Assembly: GCF_009914755.1 (NCBI RefSeq)
Contig: NC_060936.1
DNA length: 64,000 nucleotides
Reading direction: 5' to 3' (one strand)
Source: the human T2T-CHM13v2.0 reference genome, Homo sapiens
Shown here: positions 15,224 to 30,250 of the stretch, in pieces
How positions within the stretch are numbered: position 1 is the stretch's first letter
How the letters are laid out: every line of letters begins with the position of its first letter
The notes under the pieces: generated by a model
What the model was told of the DNA's origin: nothing
The model's database searches: none
The model's input: only the letters and a program-made list of their open reading frames with translations
Program-made: the position numbers and the translations under genes

Positions 15224-15584
15224 TCAGAGGTTGCCCAGGGCCAGGGATTAAGGGAAGGGATCAACTGCAAAAGAGCATGAAGGCATTTTTAAAGGTGATG
15301 GAAATGTTCTATTTATCTTGATTGTGGAGGTGTTTACATCAATGTGTATAATTTCTAAAATTCATCAGCCTATTCACCTAAAATAAGTGAACTTATTGGA
15401 GGTAAATTATACCTCAATGAAGTTACTAAAATAAACATGCAAATAAACACAGAAGAGGAAGAAATGTATAATGTGGTGTTTTCTGAGGTAGATTAAACAT
15501 AAGGAGGGAAAAGGTGGTTTCATCTCTAGTTTGAATCAGGCAGATGATATTCTCATGTAAAATAGTCATTTCTCAATGTGTGTG

Positions 15585-15892
<308 letters not shown>

Positions 15893-18402
15893 CCTCAATG
15901 TGTTTTTCAAAGCATATCGTGTTTCCTTTTTACTTGTACTTTAAACATTCAGAAGAATGAAGAGAAATTATATAACACACTTATGTTCTCATCACACTGT
16001 TACAACATGTGAATGTATAACCTTTTGCTAACTGCTTTAACAAAGAGTCACTGTTTAGAACCTATATTCACTTTCTCATGGCTTATTTACTTAGGACCAA
16101 GAGGGAGCTGGTCAACAACATAAAGCATCTTGCACATGCTATTTATTTCCTAAGTCTCTTCCAGAGCCTGGCATTGTGCCACACATCTTCATAAAACACT
16201 GCATAAAAGGATTCTAGTCAATTCCCATGTGACCTAATGAGCAAGATACTGTATAAAGTCTGATTTTATAAAAATTATAAAAAATTATAAAAGTGTAGAG
16301 AAAGCTATTTCAAAATAGCTGCTCAGGAAGAAAACTCTCACAAATGCTTACTTTACTTTTGCTCGTTTTTTTGACACGCCGCTGGACTCAGTGTACCACG
16401 ACGTTTCAGTGGCCCTGCCTATGGCAAGGATCTCACAACAGCCTTCTCTTAGGTGGTATGTGACTACTAACACCATCAATTTTAGGAATTCAATTCTCCT
16501 TGCCACTTGCCCTAGCCATCAAACTGTGCTCCTTGGCTCTGCTTCCTAAAGGGGGAATGCAGGAAAGAGGAGTAAGAACAGTGACACCCCACATGGCCTG
16601 GGGAGAAAGAACAGCAATTTCAGTGACTTAGAACTGCCACACACCCTCCTTCCTCCCACAGTGGTTCTGTGTTTCCAGCCTGTCACAAGCCGACTCACAC
16701 AAAGCTGTGCTCTAACCTGCTGGGGGTGCGGTGCCACTTGCCAAGCCCTGGGTAACAGAGAAATGGAATCAGGCTCAAAGTGAAAGCCTCCAGAAACTGA
16801 AACACTATATAGCCAATTCCTGTTTTAGCTCTTTTGTGGCGAAACCCAATTCTGGGACTGGGCAACAAGGGGGTCATTAGGGTGCAGACTTTTCAGACAC
16901 ACTCACCCCATCTGCTCTGGCCCACAGAGGCCTCGGTGGTAACCATGTGTCCTGCCTGTGCATTCTACTGCGGAGCTCACAGCTGGTTTAAATGAGGCTA
17001 TTTTTTAAGCTGGTGTTAGAGTCTGTTCTATGGCAGTATCTGCTGTTTAAAGATCCCAATCTCATTTGACAGATCTTTGAGAGGGCCTTCTGTGTTCTCC
17101 CAGGCATTGTGCTAGGTGCCCACCTATAAACACTCAGCTGCTCTGAAATAGAAAGTTCCAGCAAGCAGCAAAACAGCACCTTAGTAGGGGCTGTGTTCAG
17201 CCTGAGCTTTTTTTAAACAAATATCAGCGATCGCTGTCATCCTTAAGAAAACTGCTTTCTAAGCTTACATATTTCAGACGGAAGTCTGAACAGTTTAAAA
17301 ATGTCTTAACTAAAACAGTAATAATTTTTTTGATATGCGTTTTTTGACATGCGTTTGAATTCTGATAACCAGCCAGAATTTACGAGTTGACAGAATTGTT
17401 GGGAAATGTTCCATCAAATCTCTTCCGAGTTAACTCCTCCACAAACTGCCTGCACAGCCACATTTTAGGCAACACCACAACCTCTTCAGCAGTGGGATGA
17501 CATGGCAGAGGCAGAGGGTTTGCACTTGCCAGGACTTCGTGTACGGGAGGGAGGTAGGCTACCACTGCTGCCAGCTCCCTCCCTCCCTCCAGACTACAAG
17601 CCCTGTTGAGGGAAACAAAGGTTGGGGGTCCAGGGAGGAGGTTGTTGGGGGAGTTTCCTCTGTAGCCATCCCAATAAAGTTGACTCAGTATTTCCTCCTC
17701 CACAAATTAATTCCTCAAATATATTCTCACAAGGACAGAGATATATATATATATATATACATATATACACACACAAGGATACCACAAAAATGCTATTTGA
17801 AATGACAAAAAAAAGTAGAAACAAGCAGATGTCTGTGGCTAGGAAACTGGTTAAATTAGGGCGCATTCATATAACTGAACTCTGTTAGAACAAGAGCTCT
17901 AATAAAGACTAACAAGTTAAGACATTCCAGATAAGTGCCTATATAATGCCCCAGTTCAAAGGGGCATGGCAAGTGGCCCTACACTCCCCGCCATTGCTAA
18001 CCCCTCCTGACTCACCTGCAGGTAAGAGCACAGCTTTGGCATAAGTGGGCCTCATGACATGGTAAATATAGAGAAACTGTGTTTGAAGGAAGAGTGAGTG
18101 GAATTCTAAGTCACTGAAATAGCTATACACTAAAACAGTGGATACTGCATGATCCCTCTGTGTAGATCACATATACACCGAGCAAATTTCAGGGTGCATA
18201 CATAACCAATTTCAGTTCTAGTGGTGACTTCTGGGAAGTGGACTTAGAAGGACTTTCACTTTTAACTGTGCACCCCTCAGCAATGGCTGATTTTTCTTTT
18301 TATACACATGCATGACTTTTACAATGAAGTACAAACACACAACTAAGAAGGCAGGCCAAATGGGGAATCTATCAGGTGGCAGGCCTGCAAGCCAGAGGTC
18401 AT

Positions 18403-18840
18403 TTGCTATGGTTTGAACGTCCCCTCCAAAACTCATGTTGAAATGTAATTGTCACTGTGATAGTATTAAGAGGTGGAACCATTAAGAGGTGATTAGGCCA
18501 TGAAGGCTCAGTCCTCACGAATGGATTAACGCTGTTATCTCAGGAGTGGGCCTAGATTCAACTGCAGAAGAGGAGATGGCAATGTGGCCAGGGAAGCAGA
18601 GATTACAGCAAGCCAGCCATAGACCAAGCAATGCCAGCAGCCACCAGAAGCTGGAAGAGGCCCGGAACCGACTTTGCCCTGGAGCCTCCAAAGAAACCAG
18701 TCCTGTCGACACCTGAACTTAGGCCTAGTGAAGCTGATTTTGAACTTCTGGCCTCCCAAACTATCAGAGAATTAATATGTGTTGTTTTAAAACATCAAGT
18801 TTATGGTAACTTGTTACAGCAGCCAGAGCAAATTAATACA
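18403..18840 (+). mobile_element. MaLR LTR composite (MST-like 5' part joined to MLT1-like 3' part)
   Basis: tgctatggtttgaa..cccctccaaaactcatgttgaaa start; tgttacagcagcc..aaattaataca end. Confidence 0.65.
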
Positions 18841-20006
18841 ATCACTCTCTAAAAAGCTATTGCCCTTCAAACCAAGGACTTTGAGAGGCTGCTTTCTGCT
18901 GTGGTCCAGGCTTCAGCTGGCATTCAAGTTTGGAGCATTAATGTCCAAAGTTAGAATATATTTACTTCTGATATGATGTCTTTTGATCCTGAGGATCTGG
19001 GAGGGTGTCATCAGAAAGACCCTTTCCAAAATACTCTAGACATTTACCTGGACAGATGAGTACATCATCCTTCCAATTCTAACACATTAGAGCAAACACC
19101 TAATAAAACGTGCACAGCCTCAAATAAACCAAACATCTAAGAAACAATACTCTTGTTGTAGAACTTTCAGACAGGTACAGCTCCACTGGTTCCCTACTGC
19201 CCAAAGGGCAGACACCCCCACCCCTTCACCCTGGGCTCCCTGGCCTCCTCAGCTCCTCTTCTATCCTCACCCCCTTAAGCACCCTATGCACCTGGCATGA
19301 GAACCCATGCCACTTGTGAGACACACCCTGTTCTGACTTCCTTGCCTCTGCATGGGTGTCCTTGAACTTACATTTCCCTTTGGCCAGTCCCTCTCCATCG
19401 CTCAAGCCCTTTAAGTCAAAACTCGTCTTCAGAGCAAAACCATCACTAGCCTCTCCCAAAACCCACACCGCAAAGAATAAGCCATTTCTTCCTGGTGCAC
19501 CCAGGGAGGCTGTGACATGCTGGGTTCAGCCTTGAACTGCACCCTACGGCACCTGTGGCAGAGGACTCACAGGCCTTGCCTGCCTGTCTTCCTGAGAACC
19601 CTTCAAACTGCTGAAGGCAGGGAGGGACAGCCTCTTACCCAAGGGAACAACCTCAGCCCCATCCCACAGTGAGGGGGAGAGGAAAATGCAGCAGGGAGGG
19701 AGGGAGCACCAGCTGCACAGCCAGGCAGTCCTGCAGAATGGGCTTCTCTAAACTTGAGTGGTGACCCACTGTGGGCCAGGATATCAAATTAAGAAGATAA
19801 GAAGTCAATTTTGAGGGGACAAGCATTTTTTTTAGTATTAAAAGAGAAAATAGTACTTAGCTTTACTATATGTAGCAGTGACATTTTTCTTTCAGTTTTA
19901 TGTACATACTGACAGTATACATTTACATACAAAGGTGTATTATCTGCTGTCGGTTCCCAGTCAAAAAAGTGAACAACACTGTGTCCGAAGGTAACATCCT
20001 TCCCAG

Positions 20007-20520
20007 TGTCCAGAATTGGTTCCTTCTGGTGGGTTCTTAGTCTCGCCAACTTCAAGAATGAAGCTGCAGACCTTTGCGGTGAGTGTTGCAGCTCTTAAAG
20101 GTGGCACGGACCCAAAGAGTGAGCAGCAGTAAGATTTATGATGAAGAGCGAAAGAACAAAGGTTCCACAGCATGGAAGGGGACCCGAGCAGGTTGCCGCT
20201 GCTGGGTGGGGTGGCCAGCTTTTATTCCCTCATTTGTCCCCGCCCACATCCTGCTCATTGGTCCATTTTACAGAGCGCTGATTGGTCCATTTTACAGAGT
20301 GCTGATTGATCCATTTTACAGAGTACTGATTGGTGTGTTTACAATCCTTTAGCTGGACACAGAGCACTGATTGGTGCGTTTTTACAGAGTGCTGATTGGT
20401 GCATTTACAATCCTTTAGCTAGACACAGCGCTGACTGGTGTGTTTACAATCCTCTAGCTAGACAGAAAAGTTCTCCAAGTCCCCACTCGACCCAGGAAGT
20501 CCAGCTGGCTTCACCTCCCA
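20007..20520 (-). mobile_element. Solo LTR12F-like (ERV9 family) LTR
   Basis: The minus strand begins TGGGAGGTGAAGCCAGCTGGACTTCCTGGGTCGAG and ends GGAACCAATTCTGGACA. TG..CA termini, 4-bp TSD CCAG (20003-20006 and 20521-20524), and tandem CCAAT-containing repeats. Confidence 0.88.
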
Positions 20521-21119
20521 CCAGGAGGCCAAACAAAAAGGACAGTGCTGAGAGGAACCATCGTCCTGCTAGGGAAGGGAGTGTGGCACAAAGGCAGGTG
20601 GGTGTGGGCAGACCCCCCCTGCCACGGGTGTGCAGGGCAGAGGATGATGAGCCCCAAGCAGCAGGAGCAGGAGCAGTAGAGCAACTCTGCCCCTGAAAGG
20701 GTCTGGAGCCTTCCCTCATCACTCTTCCTCAAGTCGATGCTGGACACCCACTATGTACCAGGCCGTGTGAGGCACTGGGGTAAACCAGAGACAAGACAGA
20801 CAGGGTCCCTGCCCCATGGAGCTCCCAGCCTTGCAAGGGAGCTAGACCACAGATGAGTACACAAAGAAATACAGTAACTACAGGCAGTGGTAAGGGCTGT
20901 GAAGGAGAAGCACGGCAGTGAGGAATGGGAGGAACAGGGAAGGCTTCTCTGAAGAACGAACAGAAGTAACCAGAGAAGAGACAGCCCGCCCTGCAAAGGG
21001 ACAGCCTGAGGCAGGGCCTGTCGGGAAGACAATACATCTGAAGAACTGCAAGAAGTCAAGTGGGCCTGCAACAGAGGAAATGACAGGAGTCAGACCCCAT
21101 GGGACCCTGAAGGCCATGT

Positions 21120-21185
21120 TCAGCAGCACAGCCTTCAGCCTAAAGCAATGAGAAGCCTCTGAAAGGCTGAGGCAGTAGATTGAAT
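21120..21185 (+). ncRNA. MIR1827: microRNA 1827 precursor (mature TGAGGCAGTAGATTGAAT at 21168-21185)
   Basis: Matches the recalled miR-1827 mature sequence; gccttcagcc pairs imperfectly with ggctgaggc. Confidence 0.85.
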
Positions 21186-22339
21186 TGATTCAGGTCCCTT
21201 AGAATTGGGTCCCTGCAACAGGTGGACCCAGGACCGGCAGAGAATGCAGATAGGCGCCCCTCCTCAGCCCCCAACTCTAAATATAACAGAAGACATGGCT
21301 CAGTTGCTCCCTTGGTGGCCCTGGACAAGACAGGCTGAAGTTCTCTGAGCCTCCGCTTCCCATGCTGAGTCATGGTGAAAGGTCTCTGAGTCTACAGGCC
21401 AAAGCCACTGCTCCTCTCATGACTGCAGTGATTTCCATGGACAGTGTTATGCAACGGCGGCCCTTCTGATACGTGGGGCCCTGGGAGCGTGTGAACTGAT
21501 CGAGACCAAGAGGACTGATGGGACACAACTGCTAAGCACAACCTCATGCTCCTGGGAGCTATCAAAGAAGACCAGGCACCAATGCAGCAACACACACACA
21601 CAGCCCAGCCAACTTCCCGCAACTGCTGAAACTCCACGGGCCCAAAAGCAAGTCGCCTTCCTTCCTGCTTCCTTCTCTAGAAGGTCTGGCTTTAAAAATG
21701 TCACTGTGAGGCAGCAGCATGGTGACTACATGCCTTGTCTTTCTTGGCAGACAGAGCCATGCCTTCCAACGAGGAAAATTACAAATACCACGTTATGGCT
21801 CCTGGACAGGAACAACTTCTCCCAATTCACCAAACATCTGTGTGCCTGCTTTGAGCTGGTTTGCGCCCTCTGCTGCAAACAGGGGCTGAAGAGACGAGTC
21901 ACTGTCACGACTTTAGAGTCCTAGACACTAAAACCATAATAGATTCTTGGGAACCCCCGCCGTGCTCACAGATAACTCTTTCTACCAGGCCTGAGTGGGT
22001 CAAGAATGAAGCAAAAACTAAGAGTCAGAGCAGGGCCAACTGCAGGGCCCGCAGAAGACCTGTGGGAGGGAGGCCTGGAAGGAAGAGCACACCTTCCCGG
22101 CCAGCTCAGCCCTCACAACTGCCCTTGAGAAAGGCACCCTGTCCACTCCACCCAAGGGAGTGGAGACACACTTCACCTACTGGCTCAAAAGAGTCAGAGG
22201 GGCAACAGTGGCAGCAATGCCAGCAGGCCTGGGGTGTGTAGCCACCATTTACAGAGCACTTACAATCAGTCAGGCAGTGTGCTAGGCATTTCTTATTTGT
22301 AACCTTAACAACACTCTCACTGATCCAGAGAGGGAGAGG

Positions 22340-22342
<3 letters not shown>

Positions 22343-22390
<48 letters not shown>
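22343..22390. repeat. (AC)24 microsatellite
   Basis: Direct inspection. Confidence 0.95.
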
Positions 22391-22392
<2 letters not shown>

Positions 22393-23521
22393 CAAGAGGA
22401 TATGAGGGCTTAAAGCTTGGGTTAGGCAATAAGCATCTGGCATCCTCTAAGCATGAAAGGCACAGTAGTGAACTATACTGACAAAATCTCCTCCTAGGAG
22501 GTGATGCTCTAGTAGGACACAACAGCAGATGCTCAAAGACTAGATCAGGGAGCAAAACCATCCTGAATCTCTAGCCGACTGAGGGCCCCCTGTGCTGGCT
22601 GGTGAGCTACTGCCTACTGGACAATCATGAAAGCCACAGTCTCCCTAGGGATCCTCTCAGCTCCTTGCCCCTCAGATGGTCTCACACAACCGAGTGCTCA
22701 GGATGTTTACTGAACTGAGCACTTTAGGCAGAGTATTTCACAGAACACTAGTTAGAAGCCACTAATTAGTCACGACTACCTAGTTTACCATTTCCACAAT
22801 ACATTCATTCTGTGAAAGTAAACGAAACCCAGCTGAGGGCTAGCCTGATACGATATAGGTAAACACCCAATCAAATATCATTAAGACCCCACTACATAAA
22901 TACCAGAACTGAAAATTGCTAATGAAAATGCCCTTCCCTCTCCCAGTCTGAGATACAATGGCAGGGTCCTTTTCTTTCTTTAGAGGAAGGGGTTGTTACT
23001 GTCTATATTTTGTTCTGACTGGAGGTGGGAAGTCTGCACCCCAGTGCCTCAAAGGTAAAAGCGTCTGACCAAGGACACCTGTCTACCCTCATCAGATGCC
23101 TCAGTGAGGTGGGAGCTGGTACACCTCCACCCCGAATGCATCTGACCCCTCCTTTCATTTCTCAAGAAATTGTTATCTCCATGGTGGAAGGAAACTGGCA
23201 ATGTGCATACAAGCAAAGCAAGTGCAGCAGGAGAGAAGTCAATGCTAAGGGCCATTAGGAATCCTTCAGGAAAGGAAGTCCACCGGGGTGGGGCTGGCCC
23301 CAGCCACACATACCTGCCAAAGTGAGCTTCATCCATCACAGCACCCCCAACTCAGAAACAATTAAGAAGCAACTGCTCCAAATAGGTTCAGCTTTGCATT
23401 TATCTACTTTTAAATGTTTGCCAGTACATAACATATAAATACTTCAACCCTTCATACACAAACAAGATAATCCTCCAACCTAGTTAAATAAAAATACTAG
23501 GCATGACTAAACCATCATCAG

Positions 23522-24005
23522 TGCCACGGTCTGAATGTCTGTGTCCCCACAAAATTCCTATGTTGAGACCTAGTCCCCAAGATAATAGTAGTAAGAGTGA
23601 AGCCTTGTGGGAAGTGATTAAGTCATGAGGGCAGACCCCTCTGGAATGAGATCAGGGTCCTTATAGAAGAGGCCAGAGTGGTAAAAGGGATTTCAGGAGA
23701 AAAATACACTTAGCTAGGTAGCTAGATACATACATACATATATATGTATACATACATGGATATATACACACATATATATGTATACATAGATGGAGGCCCC
23801 AGAGGGAACTTGTCTGTCCCTTCTGCTGTGAGAACACCGCTACAAGGCATCATCTCTAAAACAGAGAGTGAGCCCCCACCAGACACCAAATCTGCTGCTG
23901 TCTTCATCTTGGACTTCCCAGCCTCCAGAACTATGAGAAATAAATTTCTGTTGTTCATAAGCTACCTTGTCTATGGTATTTTATCACAGCAGCCCAAATA
24001 AACAA
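23522..24005 (+). mobile_element. MLT1A-like LTR interrupted by a TA/CA microsatellite
   Basis: tg..ggtctgaatgtctgtgtcccc start; ggacttcccagcctccagaactatgagaaataaatttctgttgtt 3' motif. Confidence 0.75.
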
Positions 24006-24574
24006 AGGCAATCAATTTGGGAGAAGAAGAAGAAAGAAAAGAAACGATTTGTCAAACTCTGCTTAAAACTCTTCACTGACTCCATAGCTCTTAGGACAAA
24101 GACCAAAATCCTGCCCTGACCCAAGCCCTGCCTCTTCCAAAGGCTATGTCCCCTTCACCCCTAGCTGCCACCAGGCACTCCTTGAGTCCCACATGCAAAC
24201 AGCACCCCCACCTAAAGGCCTCTGTTTATGCCACTTCCTCTCCCTAGAACACTTTACTCCCCCTCTCCACGCCCCCCAGTCAACACCAACTCGTCCTTTG
24301 TGTCTCAGCTGGAATGTCGCTTCTTCAGGAAAGTCTTTCCTAGCCCTCCCCAACCCCTAAACCACATCAAGATCCTGAACTATACATGTACTGCCTCTCT
24401 TTCCTTTCAAACTTCCTAGCACTGGTTGGTGTTTGTTATATTTTATTAATATCTGTTCCCTGGATACTGACAGCTCCACAAGGACAGGGACTATCTTGTC
24501 CAGTCATATCCCTAGTGCCTAATCACACACAGTGAGTGAGTGAGTGGGAAGCTCCTGAGGCCTTCCTAGAACGC

Positions 24575-25178
24575 AAGTCAGTGAACTACAGCCTGGAGTC
24601 ATTTCCAGCCTCTGCCTATTTCTGTACAATCTACAAGCCAAGAATGGTTTTAACATTTTTATTTTGCTATTTTGTTTTTTTGAAACAAAAAACAGCCTGT
24701 CACCCAGGCTGGAGTACAGTGGTGAGAACACAGCTCACTGCAATCTCTACCTCTTGGGCTCAAGCAATCCTGCCTCAGCCTCCCAAGTAGCTGGGACTAC
24801 AGACATTTGCTACCACATCTGGCCAGTTTTAAAATTTTTATAGAGATGGGGTCTCACTTTGTTGCCCAGGTTGGTCTTGAACTCTTGGGCTCAAGTGATC
24901 CTCCCACTTTGGCCTCCCAAAGTGCTGGGAGGAGTACCGGAGTGAGCCACTGTGCCCAGCTAACATTTTTAAATGGCTGAAAACAATTAAAAGAATATTT
25001 TGTGAAATGTGAAAATTACATGAGATCCAAATTTCAGAGTACATTAGTAAAAATCAGAATGCAGCTATACTCATTCTACGGTTGTTTCTGTACTACCACA
25101 GCAGAATAGTGACAGAGATGGCAGAGTGTGCAAAACCAAAATACTATGTGGCCCTTTACATAAAAAGTTTGCCCCTGC
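24575..25178. mobile_element. MER58B-like element split by an AluJ (-, ~24661-24960)
   Basis: The Alu is flanked by TSD taacattttt; the host ends tggccctttaca..aaaagtttgcccctg. Confidence 0.7.
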
Positions 25179-25494
25179 TGTAACAGTGTCCTCGAAGTCC
25201 TGACTATGGGCATGAAATACAAGATACCTGAAAATACAGAACTGACTGTAAGTAAGCTCTCTCCTCTGGGGAAGGGTGAGTCATAACCCCCTTTTGGATT
25301 CCCAATATCCGTTCTATTCAGTGGGCATTTACTGAATGGCTGCCTCCTCTATGACATGAGGCAAGAATGGCATGTAATACATCTGTACATTTGGGAGTTC
25401 TGGCTGATCAGTTCTAAAGCGTCACCAAAACCAGTGCTTACTGGGTAACCGTTTTCTATTCATTCATTCAACAAGTGTCTACCTGGGCACCATA

Positions 25495-25855
25495 CCTTAG
25501 TCAGTTTAGGCTGCTATAACAAAAACACCACAGACTGAGTGGCTTAAACAACACAAATTGACTCCTTAGCTCTGGAGACTAGAATGTCCAAAATCAAGGT
25601 GCTGGTCAATTTGGTTCCTGGCAAGGGCCCTCTTCCTGGTTTGCAAAGGAATGCCTTTTCGCTGTATCCTCATAGGTGGAGCGGGAGATCATCTCTCCAG
25701 GGTCTCGTTTATAAGGGCACTAATACCATTCACGAAGGCTCCACCCTCATGACCTAATTACCTCCCAAAGGCCCCACTTCTAAATATCATCACATTGGGA
25801 GTTGGAGCATCAACATATGAGTTTTTCAGGAACACAAACACCAACACTGGTCTAT
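25495..25855 (-). mobile_element. MLT1A-like LTR
   Basis: ttagtcagtttaggctgctataacaaaa..ccacagactg motif; gacctaattacctcccaaaggccccac. Confidence 0.75.
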
Positions 25856-27354
25856 AGAAAGCCTCCTTTGTGCCAGATACTGTTGCATGAACTGAGGATA
25901 CAAACAGTCCTTAGGGAGCTCACCCTCTGGCGGGTAGGAAATAGGTTGGGGACTCCCCTGCAATGAGGACTGTGTGAAAGGCAGTGGAAGATGAAATGCC
26001 ATTGTGGTATCACAAGCACAATACTGGACTTGCCTTGAAGGAACTTACTAATTGGAAAGCCTTGAAAAGTTTAAGCCCCCATAACTTAAAGGTTAAATAA
26101 TGCTTCAAGACTGAGTAGATGCTCCAGGGTAGAACAACTTAGGAGAACCATACAGCAAAGAATGCTGGTTCACCACATCTAGTTTGTACTGAACACACTC
26201 TGATTACCCAAGCCAATACATGTTTGTCATTAAGAGCAATTTCAACAACAGGGAATGCACACTCCCACAAAAGTGGGTTAAGAATAGGTGTACATAGCTA
26301 TTCCGTTACGTGTGGCTCGGAAACCAACACACATGTCCATTTGAGCACCAAGCACCTACAAGAAGGCAGCAGAGGAAGGAAATCATTTGCTGACTGTCTG
26401 ATGACACTCTCTTGCTCCGAAGACTGCAGAGATCCGGAAGAGCAAGGCTGTTTAAACTTCACCCTCAGTCAATCACATGCTCTCCTTCCCCTAAGTGCCT
26501 CAGATTCCAGTAAAGCTCCACGAGAAGCCTCCAGCCCCCCTACACACACAGAGATATGCACACAGTAGCGTCAGCCTCTGCTAGGCCCTTACAACAGTTT
26601 GCAGATATGTCCAGTAAAAGGTATTATGCATCCTGGTAAACAACTGGGCAGTAAAATGTTCCTGGTGATACTCACTGTCCAAAAAGGACAGCTATCAAAT
26701 ACAGTAAAAGGAAAGACTACTATACCTTATCTGATCCAAAACAATTAATATCCAAAGTCAAAAAAAGTAGACTTGTCAGACCGGACAATACAATTAGATA
26801 TTCCACATTTTGGACACTCACTGTTCCTGGAGCCTCTACTTTCAGAGAGGGTCTGAGTCTAGCTTCATGACATCAGCAAAATTACATACCCTCTCCAGCC
26901 TCTATTACCGCATCTGTAAAATAAGGCACCAGATCAGATCCCTAAGTTTTGGAATAGAGGAGTTTACCAAGAAATTCTTGTATCAGCTTTAAGACTCACA
27001 TAGTAAAACATTTTGGAAAAGCCCAACAAAACCACAGCTTCTCCAGAGAAGGCTCAAAGATGCTTTAAAATAAGAAAAATATATAATACTATAATAAGAA
27101 CATTGCTGATTTTTCTTTACTTTTTAACCCTCTGTGAAAAGAAATGGTATTTGTAAAATTATACACAACTAGCTGAAGTCTGAGCAGGGCTAAAACCTAA
27201 CTTAAAAATCCTTAGAAATCAGGGTCTCCTCTATGGCTGGACAGCCCTGAAGTGAAACATTAAGGCTTATGGGAATCAGTTCTTGGATCTGAAAGATGAA
27301 AAGGAAGATAAATCGGTAATTTCCTTATTTACCACCATAAAGTTTTTACTTCTA

Positions 27355-28396
<1,042 letters not shown>

Positions 28397-29892
28397 CTAG
28401 AAACCAGAGCTCATCACCCCCTTGCATCTCTTCCCCTCCTGACACAGTATATATCCTTGTGATCTGTAGCACTATTTTACATGATCTTCTTAACCTTTCT
28501 ATAAATGGTATCATTCTGAACAGAATCAGTCTGTAACTTATTTCTTGCTCAATTTTATGTTTGTGAGAGTAATCCACATTGACACTTATAGCTCTAGTTC
28601 CTTTGTTTACTACCACATAATATGCCATTATATGAATATACTACATAGTTGGCCAAAAACACTGCTTGATGTTTCATATGCCATGTAGTGCCTACTACTT
28701 TCCGTACCACTATGGAAAATGTGCCAGCCATTTCCATAACATTCTCCAGAATCCTCACAGCCACTAATGAGGAAGGTAAGATTCCCATTGAAGATGAGGA
28801 ATGAGAAGACCAAAGAGGAACTGGGACGTGGTATAACTTGTCCAGTACATGTGAGCAGCAGGATCCTGCTTCAAGTTCAAGCCCATCCAAGTCTAAAGCC
28901 ATGCTCCTGACAATATGCCCTGTAACCCATATAGGGCTTTACAGTCATCTGAGAAAAATCTGAAACATGACGCTCTATTTTCTTTGTTAACAAATATCCT
29001 ACAGGAAATTCACCTGACATGGGGACAGTCCATGTATACACTGAGGAAGAGCCTCTACCTTTGGCAAAGGTCTTCCACCGGGGTCATTCCCATGTTTATA
29101 CAGGCGCAAAGTAAGCCTGAGTAGGACTGCAACCCTGGCTGGCTTCCTTCGGGGAAACAGGCTGTCTGCACCCACTTACAGACAGGACAGAGGAGCCCGA
29201 GAGAACATGGGAATCAGATCCTGCTTGAATTGGCAAAAGCTGAGTCGACAAAGCTCTGAGAACATCTCCGGGGGCAGCTGCAGCTGTTAGCAGCTCTGGG
29301 GGTCTGAGGAACAGTCCTGTGCTCATAAGGCCAAGAGCCTGCCTACTCTGCTCTCCGCGTGGCCAGCTTTGAGAGTGCTTTCATACATCCCAGCCCAACC
29401 CTGCTGCCCTGGAGAAAGCCGAGCCTGCAGCGCGGAAGAGGAATGAGAGAGAAGGTGGAGGTTCACAGGAGCCAGGCAGGGAGCACAGCCTGGAGAAAGG
29501 ATACTGGGCTCCAGGCCTGGGCCCAGATCCCTCTATGTGCTCGAAGCAGGTGGACCCCTCGGAGGTGACAGAGTCTAGCCCGCTAAGGACTCCCAAGGAA
29601 AGGGGAGGCCTCTCAGCACCAGGACTCCTCACTCTACTCTCCTGCTTCTGCATTATTTTTCCCATTATGTCTCTTCGCTGGAGGATTAAAAGAGCCTCAA
29701 AGAGCAAGGCCTAACTGGCTGAAGTGACCCCCTCCCACCTCTCCTGGACAAAACAAGGAGCAAGAAAAGAGGGTCTGCCACTTACTGGCTGTGTGACCTT
29801 AGCTGGAGCATCCCTGCCCACTCTCGGAGGAAATGTAGTGGAATATCTCTAAGGGCCCTGCCATTTCTGACTCTTTTTGTCTATAGTGCTAA

Positions 29893-29992
29893 ATGCACTG
29901 TGGCTCACGTCTGGAATCCCAGGAAGATGGGTGGGGAGGATGGTTTGAGCCCAGGAGTTCGAGACTAGCCTGAGCAACATAGCGAGACCCCC

Positions 29993-30049
<57 letters not shown>

Positions 30050-30250
30050 CCATTTTTTAAATTAGCCAGGCGTGGGCCTGCACCTGTGGTCCCGGATACT
30101 TGGGAGGCTCAGGTGGGAGGCTCAGGTGGGAGGATCACTTGAGCCCAGGCATGAGGCTGCAGTTAGCTGAAATCACACCACTGCACTTCAGTCTGCACAA
30201 CAGAGCGAGATCCTATGGCAAAAAGAACAAATAAATAAAAATAAAATAAA
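29893..30250 (+). mobile_element. AluJ whose middle A-rich linker is replaced by an (AC)n tract (29997-30045)
   Basis: Left monomer, ~24 AC units, right monomer, A-rich tail. Confidence 0.85.

Noticed and set aside
20240-20465. Short repeats with variable spacers that superficially resemble a CRISPR array
   Set aside because: These are the tandem CCAAT-box repeats of an LTR12 element in a primate genome; there are no unique spacers or cas genes.
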